A stretch of DNA of 63,966 nucleotides, the filler included, from Reticulomyxa filosa (taxonomy: Eukaryota > Protista > Foraminifera), in NCBI GenBank assembly GCA_000512085.1. It is 18 parts of 18 records of this genome, joined end to end, with 100 filler letters (N's around TTAATTAATTAA, not from the genome) between each part and the next. Parts side by side here need not be neighbours in the genome. Positions count along the whole stretch, not along the records: positions 8,402 to 15,456 come from ASPP01034815.1; positions 15,557 to 18,509 come from ASPP01029078.1; positions 18,610 to 23,369 come from ASPP01000335.1; positions 23,470 to 26,996 come from ASPP01027982.1; positions 27,097 to 36,733 come from ASPP01003295.1; 13 more parts are not named here. The stretch is one strand, 5' to 3'. The notes under the pieces were generated by a model, which was not told the origin of the DNA, made no database searches, and saw only the letters and a program-made list of their open reading frames with translations. A program made the translations under genes and the position numbers. Of the stretch, positions 14,200-27,134 are shown in pieces (the stretch's first letter is position 1; every line of letters begins with the position of its first letter).

Positions 14200-15365
14200 T
14201 GTCTTGTCAATGCATCCTATATTAACATTTCTATTCTCTTCTTTTCAAAACAAAACTTTTCGGTATTTGTACCTCTGCTCTCCAAATCTTCCATCGCCAC
14301 CATTTGCAATAGATTCAATACTACAATCGGCACATCTAACATGTTGGCTTGTCCAATATGGATACATCAATATATTTATATATATGTATATATATATTTT
14401 TTTTTTTTTTTGGATATAACCAAATTTGGAGCACTTAAAGCTGATAAAATGTTTAGATGAAAAGAAAAAGCTTAGACTGACCTGTGGTTTTGTCTTTAAG
14501 CTGCACACCTCAAAAATACTTCTTCATTGTGGTCGTCGTTTCACAATTGTCTCCCTTGTGACAAACAACTACTTTAGTGCCAAAGAGGGCCATGCCTTGT
14601 TGCCATTGTGGTCTTTCATGTTGAATTCCCCAAAATAGATTTTTTCAATGTATTTGATTACACCTGCAAAAAGTCAACAGATTGTTTTTTTTTTTTTTTT
14701 TTAAGCTATAAAAAAAAATCGATTCGCAATTCAACAAATGAAAACTGGAAGAAAAAAAAAAGGGCATGCATATTATATACACGTATATACATGTGCATGT
14801 TAAAAAAAACACCTGTTCTATTATTAGTCAATTCAATTCATCACCGATGACATAGTCACGAGTAGTCGAATAGTATGCGTCATCATAGTGAGTTCTTGTA
14901 CGAGCTTGCACTTGCAAGATCATCGACGGTTGGTTCACGTCATTGTTGTCTACAAATATGGCCGTTGTCAAAGTCCACAAGTCGACGATTGTAAGTGGCG
15001 GAATAGCTTTTTGCCAATTTGGTCCAATGTGACTTTGTTCACAAATTTGTTTGAAAAGATATGCAAAGAGGCCGGTTTGTGGTGTCTCTTTTGTCACAAT
15101 GTCGTCTTCACTCTGTTTGTCTGACTACGCAAAATTTTCAGAACCCGTTATCGTTGTCATTGGCTCTTCCATTAGTTTCAAGATACCTCTTCGCTTGGAG
15201 TATTCTGCGGTCTTGACGCACACAACTGTCGCTGTAGTGTTTCCGCCACTGGTCGCAATTGTGGCGCCATGTCTTTCTTTTCGAGTATCCTTTTTTTCTT
15301 CAAATCTACTTTGAAGGATCTTGACTTTAAAGACAGATTGCAAACTTTATCGACGTTCATCAAGT
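14200..15365 (-). pseudogene. Inverted paralogue of the CAP-Gly pseudogene at 9060-10430
   Basis: Shared nucleotide blocks (tactccaagcga.gaggtatcttgaaactaa; actcgtgacta; ttgacttt..gcaggtgtaatcaaata) including the intron position. Confidence 0.75.
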
Positions 15366-15556
15366 TGGCTTCTCTCCGCTGTCAGGGTCCTTTTTTAAAA
15401 AAGTTGTAATTTTTGACAAGACGTCAGACCTTTAAAAAAATAAAAAATTATATTGCNNNNNNNNNNNNNNNNNNNNNNNNNNNNNNNNNNNNNNNNNNNN
15501 TTAATTAATTAANNNNNNNNNNNNNNNNNNNNNNNNNNNNNNNNNNNNNNNNNNNN

Positions 15557-16153
15557 CCTTCCTTCCTTCCTACCCAAGTTGTACGAAGAGAGTCCATCCA
15601 AAATAATATCTTGACAATTACTGACGAAACGTGGGTACCGAATTTTAAGTTGTGGTGCATTAGGGTTGGTTTTGTTGCAATCGAAACCATCACTATGGAT
15701 TGAAAATCCTTGAATGCTCACCGCTTCTGTAATAATCGTTTCTGTGCTCACATCGCCTTGTATGTTCGATGACATCTTCAATACATTTGCATTGATTGTC
15801 ATATTATCCGTTGGCACAATGGTCGAGTAGCTGCTTAATGTCACTGTCAACAACAAGGCCGTGCTTGTGTTATCGTGTACATTTTCCCATTCGTTGTTGT
15901 TTCCATTCCATGTACATATTGCCTTGTCACTAAGCTTATTGTAGGTTGGCTCACTAAATATTTGCTTGCAATCACTCGTCGTTGAAAGTGCCTCGACCAA
16001 CACGTTGTTTGAAACATAACTTATCTCGATCTTTGAATGGTCTGCTGACAACTCTGCAGACAGATCCAAACCAGAGACCCAATGCAAACAATGCATTGTC
16101 AAGACGAACAACCATGGTAAACACAACATTGCATTTGTCATAATCCTGTTCAC
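15557..16153 (-). CDS. Secreted/surface protein N-terminus, REJ/PKD-type large protist surface protein-like, truncated at contig end
   Basis: Signal-peptide-like LCLPWLFVLTMHCLHWVSG; C..IF...L...A.CTW; P.FVSNCQDIILDGLSSYNLG. Confidence 0.6.
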
Positions 16154-18710
16154 AAGTCATCATTATACATAGACATTCTTGCTTTCACAAAAAAAAAAAT
16201 GTGTCGATTTTCTTGTACTTGCTACAAGCTGTTTTGCAAATTTAATCGTACCACTGTTTTTAGCTATCAGAAAGAGAGATAGTGCAGGAAGAACAAAAAG
16301 TATAATCTACAATTGAATAAGGTACTTGCAAAGAAAAAAAAAAATTAGTTTGAAAGGGCAATCGCAACGAATATCCAAATTAAATTTTGTTTGCTGCCCC
16401 TTAAACAAAAAAAAACAAAAAGAAACAAAAAACGTGTTGTGTGAAAGTTGATATGACATATAGGAGCTAAAACAACAATACAGTGCTGTAATTGTATTTA
16501 GACATCGTGCTTTCATCTTATTAAAGTATAATTCTTGCTGGCACACAATATCCTCATTCAAAACGGAAATTTTCTGCTTTGTATGAGGAATTGAAAAAGA
16601 GGAACCAGAAGGGAAAAAATATATACGTCAATAACATAGAGAAAAAGAATAAAACACAGCATTTGCGCAAGGGTTTTTTTTTTAATTCAAAATAACTAAA
16701 GAAAACTCTTACATAGAGTATTACAAAAAGGAGTATTGGTCTATGCCCACTTTGAAAAAGCAGGGGTCATAGCAACAGACCGAACATTATTATTTCTATT
16801 GTTTGCCATTGGGTCATCGCGCGTATCGATAACTTCTTTGAGTGAGTCGATGAACATGTCATTCCACAAATATTTGTCCAATTCTGCTTCTTTCACTTTC
16901 TCTTCTTCGTCTTCGTCTTCTCATCTTCATCTTCATCTTCTCCATGCAAAGATTTTTTATCTTCTGTCTTTGACACATCTTGGAGTGGCCTTTGGAACAA
17001 AGAACTCCATATATAGATCGAACACGAAAGACAAGGCCGTCAAACAAGTTGTCAATGACATTCACAACTTTGCTATTGTCATTTCGAAAAGCTGTTTGCA
17101 AACACGTATACGTCATCATTACAAAAATAGAGCCACTACAAAAAATATATATATATATATATGTATACGTATATGTAACTTTGCGATGTTCGGCTTGTTG
17201 TTGTAGCAATTGCTCTAATGAGTGATTAAGGAATGCGGGACAGCGTTTGCAAGTGTTTTGCCATGGATTATTGATATAGTGTGCGAGACTTTGACAGGAT
17301 GAGAAAGGGCGGCGATGGACGACTCACGTTCATCGCGACGAGTCCATTTGGTGTTGACGAAAGGGATACGAAGAGGATAGGAGGCTTCGGTGATGAGAAA
17401 TGACATCAAAGTCGTCGAGTTGTGGCGCGCGTGCGACGACGAGTGTTGCACAACAATCGACCCTGGGGACAAGCGTATCCTTTTCTGGCAGTTTCCACTC
17501 ATTGCTTCCACAGTTTGTGTGTGTGTGCAATTGCGATGAGAATTGAGATTGATATTCGAACTGCGAATATGCGAATATGCGAAGATGAGAAGAAGAAGAA
17601 CATTCCATGCCTCTGGCAAGGAGTGAATAGAATATGGCAAGTTCATAGCACTTTGGAATGAAGCAAATCCGGTAGTATCCCAGTCATCCACGATTTGCCA
17701 TGCCAAGTAGTCGCATTTGCGAATATTTCATTTTTTTTTTGTCCATCACTCCCGTGTTGTCGTCTGTTCATTGTCATTTGCATTGTGGACGTCCTTCTTC
17801 TTCTTCCATATCCATCAGCTTCAAAAACTTGGTTTTCGAATATTCTTCCCCAAAGACGGAATCTTGCAAACGTGAGAAACCGATTTTTTATTCGGATGGA
17901 ACGCAAGCCCCCTTTTTTTTTTGAATTTTAAAAAAAAAAAAAAGTTAGTATTTATTAAAACATTTGGGACACACATAAAATAATTAATACCGAAATGAAA
18001 TTGATTCCGTTGGGGCGACTCGATTTTAGTATTCAAGATGTACTTTCCAAGTTTGAGGTCTTTGTGCCAGACTTGGAGCAGAGTGATGCTCATTTTTCTA
18101 AATTACGTCAAAATCTGTCTAAAATTATATAGACAAAAAAAACTGTCCATATAATCCCTTCAATGAAAAGTAGACACAAAAGTTGGGACAGATCCCTTAA
18201 TGAACTCGATTCATTAAGGTGTAGACTGACCAGTAAAATTGCATAGCATTCAGTTTGTGCTTTAAACAAAAGACTGAACATGTGACCAAGAAGCTCAAGA
18301 GGCTTTATTCTGCCATCATTACTGTTATAGTTTTGCTTATCTTTGGTTTGGATTGACAAAGTGAACGAAATTGATATAGTCCATAATAAACATTTTCATA
18401 AATCATTTTTGATCCCATCTGAACTTCGTTCATCCCTTTCGGTTAAAAATTTATTTTTATTTTGTAGAAAAAGCAAAACTTAAATATAAATACTTTTAAA
18501 ATTTAAATTNNNNNNNNNNNNNNNNNNNNNNNNNNNNNNNNNNNNNNNNNNNNTTAATTAATTAANNNNNNNNNNNNNNNNNNNNNNNNNNNNNNNNNNN
18601 NNNNNNNNNTTTTTTTTACATCGCAATAGCTAAATATGTGTATTTCGTGAATAATGATCCCCGCACATTTATTGAAAAGAACGACCAAGAGAGCATCAAT
18701 GTTTGTATTA

Positions 18711-19666
18711 TCAAAGATTTTTTGTGTCAGTATCCAACGAATTTTCCTCACCAAATTTGTCAAATCCCAAACTAAAGATATCGGTATCATCGTCTTCACT
18801 TATCACCCATCCACTGTCCGCTGTCGGTGGGGGTTGTGTGGATGACTGTCCACCCTTCAATTCACCGACATGTCGACCTATTATGTCCAGGTATTTTTTA
18901 AAATTTGTTTATTTTGATTTTTGATTTTAACCACTCAAAAAAAAAAAAAAAAAAAAAATTTAAAAAAAATGATGCGAGTGAAATTCATTACCAGGCCCTG
19001 CAGGAGAATACGTACTATATGGGGATATGGGACCTTGTTGTTGTGCTGGTTGCATTTGTTTGGATAACAACAATCCCAAGCCTTCGATCAAAGCCAAGAA
19101 AACTCCACCAAGAAGAGCGTTCTTGGCCATATTCTTAGGACCGGCTCGGAACGCCAACGTCCCGCCGGTGGCCGCCCCTGCCATAATTGCGTTCAATTGA
19201 TCATCTTTTCTTCTGGCGTGTAGGAAGATACAATCATAGGCGCTAAAAAATAAACCCCATATAGCAAAGTTCCCTGGTGTATTGCATATTATAGTCAAAA
19301 TGACAAGAAAATTCAAACTATTTCTGACAAAAAAAAACTTTTTCTGCTGTTTTTTTCAAGTCCCCTCCTCCCTCCCTGAAAAAACACTGAAAAAAAAAAA
19401 AAAAAGAGCAAAGAAACTTAACCTCCTAAACCGGGAGCTCTGGCTGCAATCGATTTTCCACAACCAATAAATCGATTTTGCATGCCCCTGGGAGCGTTTC
19501 TATAGCCTTTGAATCCATGAAAAAGTGTGCCGAAAGTGGCACCCATGCAAAAAGCATAGCCCTGTTGACGGTGTTTTCATTTCGCAAGCTGTGAGAACAG
19601 ACACCCTTGGATAAAAAAAGATACCATGTCATCAATAATGCGGTGTGGACAGGGTGATTGCGCCAT
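18711..19666 (-). CDS. TIM17: Mitochondrial inner-membrane translocase Tim17; exons 19666-19625, 19561-19423, 19273-~18993, ~18878-18711
   Basis: Spliced MAQSPCPHRIIDDM-GYAFCMGATFG...ARAPGLG-GNFAIWGLFFSAYDC...RRKDDQLNAIMAGAATGGTLAFRAG with GT-AG introns; last exon inferred. Confidence 0.93.
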
Positions 19667-20221
19667 TCTCCTGAGCAAACGAATTGAGTTGATTGTGAAA
19701 TTTTGATTAAACTTTCCTTCTGTTGGCCACTTTGCTTAGTGTTGTACATTCTCAAAATAAATCATTTACTGAAATTTCATCACTTGTTCAAAAATGTAAG
19801 CCATGTGACAACCAGAATCAAATTTATATTTGTTTTTATAATTATACCATCCAAAGAATTTCTGTTATCCACTGTATAAAACATTCAATTGCTGCTTTGT
19901 CTGAATTTAATTATCAGAATAGATTCAATAATGACAAGAAATTTCTTGGTACACAAAAAATAGTTTGAATATGTTTACAAGAACTAAACATAAAATTTGT
20001 TTGAAAAATATTGATCAATGTACTCACGCAAAAAGAATCTATTAATAACAAACTACTTAATAAAGCAAACATTCTCTAATGTTATATGTGGATAAATATC
20101 TGATTACTGTGAGCGATTAAAAAGCAATTTAGTTCATCTAATAGCTATTTAAGCATATGTTTGATAGTTAAAATATATTGTGAAATTTAGACAGATTATT
20201 TGTTCAATTTATGAAAACAAA

Positions 20222-21480
20222 TGTGGGGAGTCTACTGTGAATAGCTACACTAAATGTAATACGAAAAGGTTTTACTCGAATGAGATTGACTTTCAGTAAA
20301 ACAAAGTAAATTAAATAATAAATCAAAATGACAAAAGTGGAAGTAAGAAAAGCAAGTAAGTAAGCAGTAGTTAGTTGAGGAAGTTTAACCCAAAGTGAGC
20401 TCCTCAGTTCCATAAGATTCAACCATGTGTGATAAGGGCTTGCCCTACATTCCCCCCTCTTTGCACCAGCTGAGCAACATACGTCTGTTTGATCGTCTGT
20501 CAAGTGTAATATCTCGACATTGTGTATGTTTCTTTCGTCATTTGTCTTTTTACGTTGTTCTAAAGTATAATAGATCATTCGTTCTTTCATTAACATGATG
20601 CTGCCCTCCAAAATTGTGCATAACTACGTCATCAATTCGTTGAATGTTTGATGTTGCTCAGTTGCCATAATCTCATGCACTTCTAATCACAAGACTCCGA
20701 CAGTATGTATATCATACAAAACTTATCTGGTAACTGGTATGTTGATTTCCATGACAAAAATTGCCTTCTCCATCTAGGGAAGTCACATATGCTTCCATTG
20801 AAAATGTGCCTGAACCTATTTGACGAATCCATTGCTAACTTCATTACAATGTCATCCGCACCGTCCCTCAGATCATGTATATTATCATTACTACTTAATT
20901 TTACCACGTGTTGTCTTTCGCCTAGTATTGCAGCACAAGTGTTGTTCGCCCCCAACTTGGGGTTAATGTTGCCATTGCACCTTGATACATCTTGCTAACA
21001 TTAGACTTTGACTCCTGAAGCTGCAACATCTGTGACAATATTTTAATCTGTTCTTGGAGCGTATAAAGTTGTTTCTTTAATGAAGTTTCATCTATATCGT
21101 CCTTACAAACTGATTTCCGGTCAAAATTTTCTTTTGACTCAACATCACATTGTCTAACATAAAACTTTTGTCAAGTGCTTGTTCTTTATCTTCAGTCGAC
21201 AATATGTCGTGAATGTCCTTGGTTCATGCACTGAAACTTAACCTCTTACATTTAACAGATAATCGTAACCTTGATGATACAATTAGCTCATTTTCTTTGA
21301 TAGGTTCTCCTTCATCTATCAACATTTGCCTCAATACTTTCGGACTAATCTTTAATATCTCTTCGTCACTAGGTAGTAACCTTAATCATTGTTGTTCTTC
21401 TAATTCATTTTTTTTTTGTTATGTTCGTTCGCTGTAACAGTGGGTGCCAAATGTGTGGAGTCTACTGTGAAGATCTACAC
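20222..21480 (-). mobile_element. Internally deleted LTR retrotransposon: 5' LTR remnant 21452-21480, PBS ~21437-21449, decayed gag-like region, PPT 20450-20462, 3' LTR 20222-20449
   Basis: Minus strand: LTR TGTAGGG...CCCCACA directly preceded by AAAGAGGGGGGAA; LTR-end copy followed by TT then TGGCACCCACTG; gag-like IFNGSICDFPRWRRQFLSW. Confidence 0.85.
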
Positions 21481-21844
21481 AAAAAAAGTTAAGACAAAAT
21501 AACTTTGGATAAAAGGTTGTCTTTACTTTTTAAATTTTTTTGCATATTTTAATTTGTAAATGTAATTTTAATGTTAATAATGCTATTATTGCAAAAAAAA
21601 TATTCTTAAATTTGATTCTTTATTTATTTTATATATGTCAACAAAGACAGCCAAAAAACCAAAATCTTTGAAAAAACTGTATACTTCTTATGTCATATTG
21701 TTTAAATTTTAAGTTTTAGAAACAATTATGAAAAACTTAATAAAAACTACATAATTTGCATTACTAAAAGAAAATTATGTTTAAATATTGTTTCTTCATG
21801 GAAAATGAATATAGTTAGTGACAAAAGTCTTGACACTAACATGG

Positions 21845-22140
21845 TACTTTATGAAGATGATTGATTTTATGAGTCAAAAATCAACATTTTTTCTAAAAAG
21901 ATATAAGAATCTTCAAATGCTTCAAAATGAATTTCATTTTTTTTCTACAATTTTTTGTCAATTATAAACATTTTAATGTTTAAAAAATGAAGAAATTATG
22001 AAATTTTTACTTTCTTTAAAACTAATAATTCGTACAATCACTTTGAACACGTATTAAGAGCTCACGATGTATATATATTTTCCAAAAAAAGATTTTGAAA
22101 AAATGTTGATTTTTAACTATAAAATCGTCTTAATAAGGTA
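21845..22140. mobile_element. MITE-like element, ~295 bp, ~45-bp imperfect terminal inverted repeats, TA at both ends
   Basis: Left tactttatgaagatgattgattttatgagtcaaaaatcaacattttttctaaaa; reverse complement of right end taccttattaagacgattttatagttaaaaatcaacattttttcaaaa. Confidence 0.65.
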
Positions 22141-22985
22141 ATATTTTATTTCTTTTATTTTTTATTATTCTGAATATTTTTTATATTTGGTTTATTGTTA
22201 TTTTTCTTAGCTGGTAACAGTGATCACTGTATGTTTAGTCTTTTGATGTTCTTTCGAATACTTGACTTGATATGATCTTTAACTTGTATTGACATTTGTC
22301 ATGCAGCATGTATGCTGATATCTGTATTAATTTGTTGATAATTTCGAATAATAAGTCTAAGTTTAATTTTGATTATGTATATTGTTAAACCCTTTTTTTT
22401 GCAAGTAATCCAGATATGCTTTGGCTTGCGTTTAATAATTGCTAATTAACTATAATATCACAAGAAAATCAAAACTATAAAACAATATTGATAGTAATTT
22501 TTAAAATAAGAAAAGAAATAAAGGTTTGTGTTCACAAAGACTCAAGACCGCATCTTAAGTCATATGGATTGAAATTAGATTCTTTTTTAGTAAAACTCGT
22601 TATATGTTCCAAAAGTACTGTCAAGTTGTAGACCTTCCAGCAATAAAAAAATAGCAAAAACCAATTTTCTTTCACAACCTTGCTTAAGTTTGTATGCAAT
22701 TATTGGTGAAAAAAGGCAGAACAAATGTAAAGCATAAATTGTCATTTTTGCTATTAAAAAAGTTTTTTCTTGGTCGAAAAAGAGAAAATTTTAAAAATAA
22801 AAGTGGTCACAATTTTTATAATTGTACAGCTGAACAAAATGAAAAAAACAAGACAAAAGAGTCAAAACCACAAAAGGACGGCAGCCTGTAGCCATTTAGT
22901 TGGGATTGATTTTTTACTCCATCATATGAAAAAAAACAAACTAACTCTTGTATTAGAAAAAAAACAACAACAAATAATAACATGA

Positions 22986-23288
22986 TTATCTTGGACTCTC
23001 AGGTCTACTTGACTCATCAGCGTTCAATTGACTCTCAACAAGTCGAAGAAAATCTTGGGTCATTATGAACCTCTTTCGATATATTTTGTGTCACACGCAA
23101 TATTGTATATAAATTACTAACAACATAAATGGAGTGGACCAAACTGAGTAAGAGTCTTCCATTAAGCGCAGCAACTCATTAATGACAACGTCAAACAAGT
23201 GTCTCAGTTGTTTGCTCGACATGCGCTCCAATTCATTATTCATGCAAGTAGTGATCAATCTTCCTTTCGTTGCAGAGCTAATATTTAC
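22986..23288 (-). CDS. C-terminal exons of an RGS (regulator of G-protein signalling) domain protein
   Basis: Spliced VNISSATKGRLI...LFDVVINELLRLMEDSYS|RFIMTQDFLRLVE...* matches the RGS consensus VNI...FD.....I..LM..DSYPRF. Confidence 0.85.
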
Positions 23289-23574
23289 CTTGTGCATAGT
23301 GCAGCCCACAAACATTAAACATAATCCCCCCCTCCCCTCGAACAGTAAAAAATAATAATAATAAATAAANNNNNNNNNNNNNNNNNNNNNNNNNNNNNNN
23401 NNNNNNNNNNNNNTTAATTAATTAANNNNNNNNNNNNNNNNNNNNNNNNNNNNNNNNNNNNNNNNNNNNAACGCTTCATTTTTATTTTATTTTTATTTTT
23501 TCTCTCGCTTCATTCGATTCAATTGTCAAAACCTTTTTTTTTAAAAAATAAAAAGAAAAATAAACAAAACTTGC

Positions 23575-23997
23575 GTTGTTTGGTCACGATACAATGCCTC
23601 GATGGAGCGACTTGTGAATACATATGAACAGAACAGACCAATACTAATCGCAATTGCGACTTGAGCACGAAGACCCAATGTCAATGATTCATTGTTTGCT
23701 TTTTTTAATAAAAAAAAAAAAAACAACTGAACATTGTACATTGTGTTCAACAGTTTAGAAATAATAGTTTGTTAATTTGAACATACGGTCTTCATAGTGG
23801 GCACTGATGACTGCCTCGGAGATCAACTCAGTGGTAGCGTAAAGTACTGTTATGGCTCGGTACTTGACTTTCGAACCGTCTGTGATCTCTGAGCAGCAAA
23901 ATTGCTGCACTGCAAAACACCACAAAAACACGAGCCAACCTAATCCTGTCAAATGTAAAGGAGCAGGCACATGGGGAATTTCCCTATGTAAAGTCAT
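23575..23997 (-). CDS. N-terminal exons of a multi-pass membrane protein, probably the TM part of the RGS protein across the spacer
   Basis: Three hydrophobic segments; paralogue at 37068-37486 has the same intron positions. Confidence 0.7.
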
Positions 23998-24299
23998 TTT
24001 TGATTACGAGTTTCCACTTCTACATTCGCTCTGAACCCCTACGTTAAGTTAAAATTTGAAGTAATCTTTTCATTTTATTGTATGTTTAGCTCAAATTTGA
24101 TCAACTGGTAAAAAAAGAGATAATTTCTTTTTTGAAAAAAGAGTTACATGGTTTTAAACTTGTTGAGATGTATAAATTTTTAGAATTGGACCAGAAAAGA
24201 GGAGATACCTTTCAAAAAAAAGATAGAAGAATACGCATTGATAGTAATAGAAAGAGTGGAACAGATAAAAGTGAATGTAATAAAAGTAGAAAAAAAGGA

Positions 24300-26305
24300 T
24301 TACGCATCAAAGTGTAAGCGCTGAACACAGGGCATATCAGGATATTTGTCTTTTGCAGTTTTCCAAAAGACCATAGTCTCACGTCGATTTCCCGTGTCGA
24401 ATAAGAACTGAGCAAATTCACAAGCAAAGTAGGCACGGTCTTCGATAAGTAGTAAAGCATTGCGAAAGCACTGTTCGGTTTTATCGAGCCAAAAGATGCG
24501 ATTGCTCTGTCTCGCAGTATGAATAAGAGTATTATCTCGAAAATGAATAGCGACCAAATAATTGATAAACCAATTGCTAAGCGAGCGATCGGCATAAATG
24601 AGCATACGTTCATTGCTCTGTTGCAAATCTCCAAAATGTCCCAGCAAATAACACTCCAAACACAACAAGGGGATAGGAATGGACTCCATTTCGGCCGTGC
24701 ATTGTTGAGACACGCTTTCAAATGAGGAAGGAAGAGATGCCAATGAACGATAATGTTTCAAGACGGGAGACAACAATGTTTGTGCCTTATCAAACTCTTT
24801 GGTCTTAATGAATAGCAGCACCATATCAGCTGTTGACAAATAAGCAACAAAATGAAAGGAATTCGAAATGAGAAAATGCGATAGTTGGGACATACATAAC
24901 TTACAGCCAAAGGATGGTTTGGAACTTGTTTCAACACTTGTGTCAATAGAGATTTGGCTTCGTCGAAGCGATCCCATTGCACAATGATTTTTGCAAATGC
25001 GATTTTCGCCATAAGATCGTGTGGACAACGATTGATCTGTTCTTGTAACACTTTCATTGCATCTTTATAGCGCTCTTTTTCATACAAATGTATTCCATAT
25101 TTCGTTGGCATTTCATTCGGGTATTCACGTAATGCCCTTTGCCAATACTCTTCACTCATATTGGGATAGCTGCTGTTGGAAAATATCTCTTGCACTTCTT
25201 CGTAGATTCGCATCTTCAACTCGGGATTTTCTTCTTTTTTTTTTTTTTTAATTTTCAAAAAAAAAAATAGTTTTGAGTCATTTGTTTGTTTGTGTTACAT
25301 ACGAGCAATAGTAAGAGCATATTCGGCATGTGTCTTTGCAACTTGGCAATTGTTGACATTCATTTGTTTGTACTGAAGCTCTTGCAGCGTTTCAATGTAT
25401 CGAATTTTTTTTTTGTAATACGTGTCCAAAAAAAAAAGCCAATGGACCATTCCTCTTTTTACGCAAGCGTTCCAATTCGGCCTCTTCGCGCTCTTTGACC
25501 TTGCTTTTTATCCATGTCAACTGTGACATTGGCTCCGTCGATTTGGCCGCAAGAGACAGAAAATATTGCATCTCACGCAAATGTGCCTCGATTGTTGATT
25601 CCTTTTGCTGTTTCAAGTCCTCCTTTCGTGCTTCCCCATCGCTTGCTATCAGGTCCATTAAATCATGGTGATACTGCGCATTTGTGGAATGGTAGAGGAT
25701 TGCCTTTCTCAAATACTTTTCTGCTTCTACATTCATTCAACCTAATGTGTGTGTACATTACATATACAAATATACATACGTACATATATTTGTATATTTG
25801 TTTATATATATATATATATATAATGTACACACCGACTTTATCCGAGCATTTGTGCCATAAAAACATGCCAAAGTCATGTAAATGGATAGGTCGCACGTGT
25901 ATACTCAATTGCTTGCAAATAGTAGTTCTTTGCTTGTGTGAGGTCGTGCTGTTCGTTCTCAAAATGTAAACCTTTCGCCCATTTTTTATTGGCTTTTGAT
26001 AACTCGGTTTCCTTGTTTACAAATACCAATAATGCACAACAGCCTCCCAATATCGAAAGTACTAGCACTTTTATGTGCCAGCTGTTCCATTTATACCACT
26101 GTTGTGTTGTTTGCTCTTCTGGTTTTGAGATGACCAGTTTCACTGTTGTTTCCCTTTCTTTGTTTAGCTTGGCTCGAGTGGAATAACTACAATGTACAGC
26201 GAATATATTACTTTGTCCAAAAACAAGTGGTCTTTGGACATGATAATGAGAGGTACGGAAACACCGTTTAATGTGATAGATGGTACGCTTGGTTGAAAAG
26301 TTCAT
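24300..26305 (-). CDS. Multi-exon TPR-repeat protein with basic N-terminal leader and one TM anchor (possibly mitochondrial)
   Basis: R/S-rich leader, TM VLVLSILGGCCALLVFV, TPR-like AKNYYLQAIE, AEKYLRKAILYH, AKSLLTQVLKQVPNHP. Confidence 0.75.
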
Positions 26306-26843
26306 GAAAGTATTGATTCAGTGTTTGGTCAAGGGTACTGTTTTATCGAAACACGATCGAGTAAATCAAAAGAAGCGTCGCACAAAATTTTAATAATAAT
26401 AAATTACTCAATCAAATTACTCAGCCCTTTGTCGAATAAAATTAATTCTGGCAATAGTTTCGAGCTAAGCAACAACCGGACTATTTATCATTACATTTTG
26501 CTTTTACTAAAGAATAAATTTGTTTAATGAAATTAGTTTATTTGTTTAAAAATGATTGTATTGTGATTATATCTTTTTGCTAAATTGCTTCTACCCTTTG
26601 TTTTTTTGCGTGGTCCAAAAACCTCCAAGTTGGACACCTCTTTTTCTTTTCTCAAAACAGTAAAAAAAAAAATCGTTTCAAAAAAAACAATCTTTGCAGA
26701 TTGAGGTCACATTTACCTTTTCAAAATGTTTTCGTTTCTTGAGTTGTTTTTTCCGTTGTTAACAGCAAAACTTGTTTTTTGTTGTTTACTTACCTCTTTC
26801 TGCATGAATAACCAAAATTCAATAGCCCAAAGAATTATATGAA

Positions 26844-26996
26844 ATGGAACAAAATGGCATACCTGTATCATCAGCTGTAACCACAAATGTACTTGAAATC
26901 AATGAAAAAAAACAAGCCGAGAGTACACTTTTGACCGACGAGAGCAACAAGGTTATTGAAAAACAAAATGATCAGCCCACAACATCAGAACAGAGC
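26844..26996 (+). CDS. 5' coding fragment (MEQNGIPVSS...), possibly the first exon of the TOG gene after the spacer
   Basis: ATG-initiated open frame running into the contig end. Confidence 0.5.
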
Positions 26997-27134
26997 NNNN
27001 NNNNNNNNNNNNNNNNNNNNNNNNNNNNNNNNNNNNNNNNTTAATTAATTAANNNNNNNNNNNNNNNNNNNNNNNNNNNNNNNNNNNNNNNNNNNNTTTT
27101 TTTTTTTTTTAAATAATACGTTTGTATACGTCAG

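Noticed and set aside
16736-18400. Overlapping ORFs around 16.7-18.4 kb
   Set aside because: Coding-like texture but no recognisable motif or consistent exon chain.
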